From: a candidate division WOR-3 bacterium
GTDB taxonomy: Bacteria; Hydrothermota; Tepidihabitantia; Tepidihabitantales; CAIPLT01
Assembly (NCBI GenBank): GCA_965649215.1
Contig: CBFGJZ010000011.1
Location: 1 to 11,067 of the forward strand
DNA length: 11,067 nucleotides
Direction: 5' to 3'
Shown: piece by piece, positions 6,519 through 11,067 of the stretch
How positions within the stretch are numbered: the first letter of the stretch is position 1
Layout of the letters: each line of letters starts with the position of its first letter
Translations under genes and position numbers: made by a program
Notes under the pieces: generated by a model
The model's database searches: none
Told to the model about the DNA's origin: nothing
Seen by the model: the letters and a program-made list of their open reading frames with translations, nothing else

Positions 6519-7514
6519 TTATATTTGACAGAATGGGTCTTCGCAATGGTTGCGACAATTTCTAATGATGTAATTATTATAATCGGTATAAAGATGGGTT
6601 GAAAAATATCTTTCAGAACGGTCAGGTAATACAGTAACCACATTTTTATCTTTACCGATTTTCTTTAAAACGTTAATAACTCCTAAAATATTCGCACCGG
6701 ATGAGACACCGATCATAATTCCTAATTTAGATGAGACCACTCTGGTTATGGCTAGAGCATCTTGACTAGCAATTAACTCACACCAATCGATTTGTTTGGG
6801 ATCAACTAATTTTGGTATAAAACCAGCTCCAATGCCTGGAATGTCATGTTTTTTTATTTCTGGGCAACCATATAAAACTGCTGCTTCTTTTGGTTCGACG
6901 GCAATTATTTTACAATCAGGATAAAATTCCTTTAGTTTTTTACCAACACCCATTAATGTTGCACCAGTACCAATACCAGCAACAAAAGCATCGATATGGT
7001 GCTGTGGCAATGCATTAATAATTTCTAATGCCGTGGTATGATAATGGCAGTCAATGTCATCAAAGTTTTCAAATTGAGAGGGCAGGAAAACCTTTGGATT
7101 TTTTAAAGCCATATTTTTAGTCCGTTGCACTGCTCCTGCATAGAATTCTTCAGCGGGAGAAAGACAAATTTCACTGCCTAACATGGTAATAATCTTTTGA
7201 CGTTCTATAGAAACATTTTCGGGCATCACAATAATACAGCGATAGCCTTTTACCGCACAAACCATCGCAAAACTAATACCAGTATTACCGCTGGTCGCTT
7301 CAACAACGATTGAATCTGAAGAAATTTCGTTTTTCTTTTCCGCTAATTCGATAACATACTTAGCAATTCTATCTTTAATGCTACCCGAGGGATTGAGAAA
7401 CTCTAATTTAGCCAGAAAATGCCAATTTTCATTATCATATTTAAAGTTGAATTCCATTAAAGGAGTATTTCCGATTGTATCCAGAATTGAATGAGCAAGT
7501 AAATTTTTAAGCAT
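6519..7514 (-). CDS. cysK: PLP-dependent cysteine synthase (O-acetylserine sulfhydrylase) family protein
   Basis: IGNTPL, KLEFLNPSGSIKDR (PLP lysine), EATSGNTG, GIGTGAT, GIGAGFIP, GVSSGAN, PDRSERYFST. Family is clear; CysK versus CysM or another paralog is not resolved. Confidence 0.8.
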   Translation of the reverse strand: MLKNLLAHSILDTIGNTPLMEFNFKYDNENWHFLAKLEFLNPSGSIKDRIAKYVIELAEKKNEISSDSIVVEATSGNTGISFAMVCAVKGYRCIIVMPENVSIERQKIITMLGSEICLSPAEEFYAGAVQRTKNMALKNPKVFLPSQFENFDDIDCHYHTTALEIINALPQHHIDAFVAGIGTGATLMGVGKKLKEFYPDCKIIAVEPKEAAVLYGCPEIKKHDIPGIGAGFIPKLVDPKQIDWCELIASQDALAITRVVSSKLGIMIGVSSGANILGVINVLKKIGKDKNVVTVLPDRSERYFSTHLYTDYNNYIIRNCRNHCEDPFCQI

Positions 7515-7522
7515 AGAAATTA

Positions 7523-7551
7523 AGTATAATTATAAAGATCTCGTTCGTCAA
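7523..7551 (-). promoter_or_regulatory. Sigma70-type promoter for the cysK-family gene (near-leaderless)
   Basis: Minus strand TTGACG (7551-7546), 17 nt, TATACT (7528-7523); 8 nt to the ATG at 7514; no Shine-Dalgarno. Confidence 0.7.
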
Positions 7552-7568
7552 GAAATACGAGAGAAGCA

Positions 7569-7596
7569 TTGACAGGCAAAGAAAATTGAGTATTAT
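7569..7596 (+). promoter_or_regulatory. Sigma70-type promoter for gyrA
   Basis: TTGACA (7569-7574), 16 nt, TATTAT (7591-7596); back-to-back with the cysK promoter. Confidence 0.6.
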
Positions 7597-7620
7597 ATGT
7601 TATATGTTAAATATAACATA
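7596..7620. repeat. Perfect 10-5-10 inverted repeat over the predicted gyrA transcription start
   Basis: TATGTTATAT-GTTAA-ATATAACATA read directly. Confidence 0.85.
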
Positions 7621-7628
7621 ATCGGCTT

Positions 7629-10064
7629 ATGAAAGAAAATAATAACAATCAAGAAGAAATTGTCAAAGTATATATTGAAGATGAGGTAAAGAAGTCATAT
7701 TTAGATTATGCCATGTCAGTTATCGTGGGTAGGGCTTTACCCGATGTTCGAGATGGTCTAAAACCTGCCCAAAGAAGAATTCTCTATTCTATGAATGAAT
7801 TAGGCCTTGCTCATAATAAACCATATAAAAAATCAGCAACGGTAGTAGGCGATGTCTTAGGAAAATACCATCCACATGGAGATTTAGCAGTTTACGATAC
7901 AATGGTAAGAATGGCTCAAAATTTTTCGCTCCGATATCCATTAATTGACGGACAAGGTAATTTTGGTTCAATTGATGGCGACGCACCGGCTGCTTATCGC
8001 TATACTGAAGCACGTCTTACTGAATTGGCAGGTGAATTATTAAAAGACTTAGACAAAGAAACAGTTGATTTTGTTCCAAATTTTGATGGCAGATTAAAAG
8101 AACCTAAAATTCTACCAGCTGCATTTCCGAATTTATTAGTCAATGGAGCTTCTGGTATTGCGGTTGGTATGGCAACAAACATCCCACCCCATAATTTTTC
8201 CGAAGTCATTGATGGTTTGGTAGCTTTGATTGACAATCCTGAATTAGATAGCGAAAAATTAATGAAATATATTCAAGGGCCGGATTTCCCAACGGGTGGA
8301 GTAATTGTTGGTCAAGAAGGAATTCGAGAAGCTTACACAACAGGACGGGGTAAAATCGTTGTCCGTGGTAAAATTAGAAAAGAAGAGGGTAAAGGGGGTA
8401 AAGATAAAATCGTCATAACGGAAATTCCATATCAAGTTAATAAAACAAGTTTGATCGAAAGAATCGCTACTTTAGTAAGAGAAAAGAAAATTGAAGATGT
8501 ATCTGATTTAAGAGATGAATCCGATCGTGATGGTATGAGAATTGTTTTAGAATTAAAACGAGATGCGAACGCGGATGTGGTTATTAATCAACTTTATAAG
8601 TATACACCGCTTCAAGAAACTTTTGGAGTAATCCTTTTAGTTTTAGTCGATAATGTTCCGAAAATATTAAATTTAGCCCAATTGTGTCAACATTTTTTAG
8701 ATTTTCGATATGAAGTTGTTTTCCGACGCACTAAATTTGAATTAAAAAAAGCAGAGGATCGAGCTCATATATTAGAGGGCTTGAAAATTGCCTTAAAAAA
8801 TATTGATAAAATAATTGCGATCATAAAAGCTTCTAAAGATCCCCAAGTAGCAAAAGAGACATTAATGAAAAAATTCAAATTAAGCGAAATTCAAGCTCAA
8901 GCGATATTAGATATGCGATTAGTTCGTCTCACGAATTTAGAACAAAAGAAAATTGATGAAGAATATTTGGAGTTGATTAAGTTGATTGCTCGCCTTAAAG
9001 GTCTTTTGGCATCAAAAAAAGCGATGATGAAAGAGATTAAAGATGAATTACTGCTTCTAAAAGAAAAATTTGGTGATAAACGAAAGACTGATATCAGTAA
9101 AGGTAAGGTCGAAGAGTTAAATATCGAAGATTTAATTTCCGAAGAAGATGTTATCGTGACTATAACTCATCGTGGTTATATTAAGCGTGTACCAGTTTCT
9201 ATGTATCGTTCTCAAGGGCGAGGTGGCGTCGGACGGGCTGGGGTCGAAGTATCCGAAGAAGATTTTGTTGAAGGATTGATTACTGCCAGCACTTTAGACT
9301 ATATTTTATTTTTTACAAATCAAGGTCGTTGCTATTGGCTAAAAGTTTATGAAATTCCCGAAGGCAAGCCTCAAACTAAAGGTAAACCAATTGTTAATCT
9401 TTTACAATTAGAAAAAGAAGAAAGAGTGAGTTCCTATTTGTCGGTGCGAGAATTTAGCAAAGATAAATTTATTTTTATGGTAACAGCTTCAGGAACCGTA
9501 AAAAAGACATCATTAGAAGAATTTGCAAATCCCCGCAAAACTGGTATCATTGCGATTAAATTAGAACCTAACGATCAGTTAATTAATACATTTCTTACTA
9601 ATGGTAAGGACGAAATAATGTTAGTAACAAAAAACGGACAAGGATTACGCTTCCGAGAAAAAGATGTTCGTCCGATGGGCAGAAATGCTGCTGGCGTGAG
9701 GGGTATCAAACTTGACAAAAAGGATGTTGTGATTGATGGTGGTGTTATTAAATCAGGTCAATCATTATTAATTGTAAGTATCAAAGGTATGGGTAAACGA
9801 TGTGATTATAATAGATTTCCTCTGCGTCATCGTGGCGGTAAAGGAGTAATCGCAAGTAAGATCAACGAAAAATCGGGTCATTTAATTTGTGCTCGAGCAG
9901 TAACTGAAAAAGACGAAGCAATTGTTATTACTAAAAATGGTACAGTTTTACGCTTAAAAATGGCTGATATTAGAGAACAGGGGAGAGCTACAATTGGTGT
10001 CCGCCTTATTCAATTAAAAGAAGACGATGTGGTAGTTGATGTGGCTCGCATTAGTAATGAGTAG
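7629..10064 (+). CDS. gyrA: DNA gyrase subunit A
   Basis: [32 protein letters not shown], catalytic AAYRYTE (Tyr125 = E. coli Tyr122), [14 protein letters not shown], GyrA-box QGRGGVG (about 9213-9233), C-terminal pinwheel repeats. Confidence 0.96.
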   Translation: MKENNNNQEEIVKVYIEDEVKKSYLDYAMSVIVGRALPDVRDGLKPAQRRILYSMNELGLAHNKPYKKSATVVGDVLGKYHPHGDLAVYDTMVRMAQNFSLRYPLIDGQGNFGSIDGDAPAAYRYTEARLTELAGELLKDLDKETVDFVPNFDGRLKEPKILPAAFPNLLVNGASGIAVGMATNIPPHNFSEVIDGLVALIDNPELDSEKLMKYIQGPDFPTGGVIVGQEGIREAYTTGRGKIVVRGKIRKEEGKGGKDKIVITEIPYQVNKTSLIERIATLVREKKIEDVSDLRDESDRDGMRIVLELKRDANADVVINQLYKYTPLQETFGVILLVLVDNVPKILNLAQLCQHFLDFRYEVVFRRTKFELKKAEDRAHILEGLKIALKNIDKIIAIIKASKDPQVAKETLMKKFKLSEIQAQAILDMRLVRLTNLEQKKIDEEYLELIKLIARLKGLLASKKAMMKEIKDELLLLKEKFGDKRKTDISKGKVEELNIEDLISEEDVIVTITHRGYIKRVPVSMYRSQGRGGVGRAGVEVSEEDFVEGLITASTLDYILFFTNQGRCYWLKVYEIPEGKPQTKGKPIVNLLQLEKEERVSSYLSVREFSKDKFIFMVTASGTVKKTSLEEFANPRKTGIIAIKLEPNDQLINTFLTNGKDEIMLVTKNGQGLRFREKDVRPMGRNAAGVRGIKLDKKDVVIDGGVIKSGQSLLIVSIKGMGKRCDYNRFPLRHRGGKGVIASKINEKSGHLICARAVTEKDEAIVITKNGTVLRLKMADIREQGRATIGVRLIQLKEDDVVVDVARISNE

Positions 10065-10518
10065 AAAAAATAAACAGACTCGATTATCGTGGGATAAATA
10101 TTTTTTGAAGATTGCCAAGACGGTTTCGGAGCGATCAACCTGTCTACGACGTAAGGTTGGTGCGGTATTGGTTTCTGATAAAAGAATATTAGCTACTGGC
10201 TATAATGGTGCTCCAAAGGGGTTAATTCATTGTGCACAAATAGGTTGTCTTAGACATTATTTAAAGATAAAACCTTCGGAACGGATCGAAATTTGTCGGG
10301 GTATTCATGCTGAACAAAATGCCCTGGTCCAAGCCTCATTCTTTGGCATTCCTGTTGCAGGTGCAACATTATATGCAACGCATTCGCCTTGCATTACTTG
10401 TGCTAAACTTTTAATTAATGCAGGTATTAAAAGAGTTGTTGTTATGCATTCTTATCCTGATGCCTACGCAAAAAAGATATTTGCCGAAGCTAATATTCCT
10501 GTTGAAATTCTTAAGTAA
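10057..10518 (+). CDS. Deoxycytidylate (dCMP) deaminase family protein (ComEB-like)
   Basis: [31 protein letters not shown] and PCITC zinc motifs. Likely start is ATG 10057 (MSRKN), overlapping the gyrA stop by 8 nt, rather than TTG 10036. Confidence 0.9.
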   Translation: MSRKNKQTRLSWDKYFLKIAKTVSERSTCLRRKVGAVLVSDKRILATGYNGAPKGLIHCAQIGCLRHYLKIKPSERIEICRGIHAEQNALVQASFFGIPVAGATLYATHSPCITCAKLLINAGIKRVVVMHSYPDAYAKKIFAEANIPVEILK

Positions 10519-10568
10519 TTTTTTTTTCAAATTGACAAATTATTTTCAATTGAGAAATACTAGTAGGC

Positions 10569-10597
10569 TTGACTTATTATAAAAAATATAATAAGAT
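10569..10597 (+). promoter_or_regulatory. Sigma70-type promoter for cdaA
   Basis: TTGACT (10569-10574), 17 nt, TAAGAT (10592-10597); a second TTGACA at 10532 has a weaker -10. Confidence 0.55.
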
Positions 10598-10624
10598 ACA
10601 TCATAAAAATATATTTAGATTATT

Positions 10625-11067
10625 ATGTTAAATTTCTTAAAGCCATCAACTCGAGATGTAATTGATATTTTAATCGTAGCAATAATTTTTTTTTATTTTC
10701 TACGATTTCTAAAGGGTACTCGTGCTTTAAGAATGATGTACGCCCTAATTTTAATTTTTATCGGTTCATTCATTGCCAGTTGGCTTGATTTAAAGGGTTT
10801 GTCTTTAATTGTTGACTCATTAAAAACGGTTTGGATTGTTGTTTTTGTAATTCTTTTTCAACCAGAAATTCGGAATGCTTTAACAAAGTTTGGAAGAGTT
10901 AAACCACTACGCTTTTTATTAAGACCAACAATAGAAGAAACAATTGTTAATGAAATTGTGAATGCTTGCGCCATTTTAAAAGAAAGGCATTATGGCGGCT
11001 TATTTGTAATAGAACGCCAAATTGGTCTGCGCGATGTTATTGAAACCGGGACTAAAATTGAAGCACG
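10625..11067 (+). CDS. cdaA: Diadenylate cyclase CdaA/DacA, N-terminal part; runs off the right edge
   Basis: Not in the ORF track. Manual translation: MLNFLKPSTRDVIDILIVAIIFFYFLRFLKGTRALRM...VILFQPEIRNALTKFGR...HYGGLFVIERQIGLRDVIETGTKIEA. Three TM helices plus the DILIV, KGTRA, FQPEIR.AL and G.L.VIER signatures; the DGA/RHR catalytic motifs lie beyond the window. Confidence 0.92.
   Translation, partial: MLNFLKPSTRDVIDILIVAIIFFYFLRFLKGTRALRMMYALILIFIGSFIASWLDLKGLSLIVDSLKTVWIVVFVILFQPEIRNALTKFGRVKPLRFLLRPTIEETIVNEIVNACAILKERHYGGLFVIERQIGLRDVIETGTKIEA

Noticed and set aside
7611..7637. dif-like ATATAACATAA-TCGGC-TTATGAAAGAA
   Set aside because: The central spacer is 5 nt rather than 6, and the right arm is gyrA coding sequence.
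7789..8236. Two minus-strand ORFs (74 and 78 aa)
   Set aside because: Antisense to the highly conserved gyrA N-terminus; no independent evidence.
7629..10064. ParC rather than GyrA, or an intein in GyrA
   Set aside because: GyrA-box and full C-terminal pinwheel are present; 811 aa with a continuous RYTEAR leaves no room for an intein.
1909..10518. NYN nuclease plus deaminase as an anti-phage defence system
   Set aside because: They are about 7.6 kb apart in different housekeeping operons, and the deaminase is a short stand-alone ComEB-type protein without the N-terminal P-loop domain of defensive dCTP deaminases.
10606..10633. Exact XerD arm TTATGTTAAAT (10623-10633) suggesting a dif site
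   Set aside because: The XerC-side arm (AAAATATATTT) lacks the inner ATAA symmetry, and the match is explained by tt-ATG-TTA-AAT at the cdaA start.
10686..10694. T9 homopolymer in cdaA as a phase-variation or frameshift site
   Set aside because: The frame is intact (Ile-Phe-Phe-Tyr in a TM helix), and such runs are common at this AT content.

Overview
AT-rich bacterial chromosomal window made up mostly of housekeeping genes, arranged divergently around a 536-bp non-coding gap (4844-5379). Left arm, mostly minus strand: 5' end of a probable 4Fe-4S protein, nfo (+), and an operon-like run of a secreted FG-GAP repeat protein, coaX, a NYN/LabA-DUF88 protein and tsaB. Right arm, mostly plus strand: dnaN, a cysK-family gene (-), gyrA, a dCMP deaminase and the 5' part of cdaA. 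The C-terminal T9SS/FlgD-like domain suggests an FCB-related or candidate-phylum diderm such as WOR-3; this is inference only. I see no mobile elements, CRISPR arrays, rRNA or tRNA genes. Main points: (1) dnaN and gyrA lack dnaA, recF and gyrB, and the gap upstream of dnaN looks like a candidate replication origin with non-canonical TNAWCCACW boxes, a local G/C skew flip, an AT-rich core and several palindromes; (2) GyrA has Leu at the E. coli Ser83 quinolone-resistance position and no acidic tail; (3) an extra domain splits the last FG-GAP repeat; (4) the CysK homolog has a Cys/His-rich tail; (5) several promoters are leaderless or near-leaderless. All calls come from reading motifs by eye; no database searches were run.
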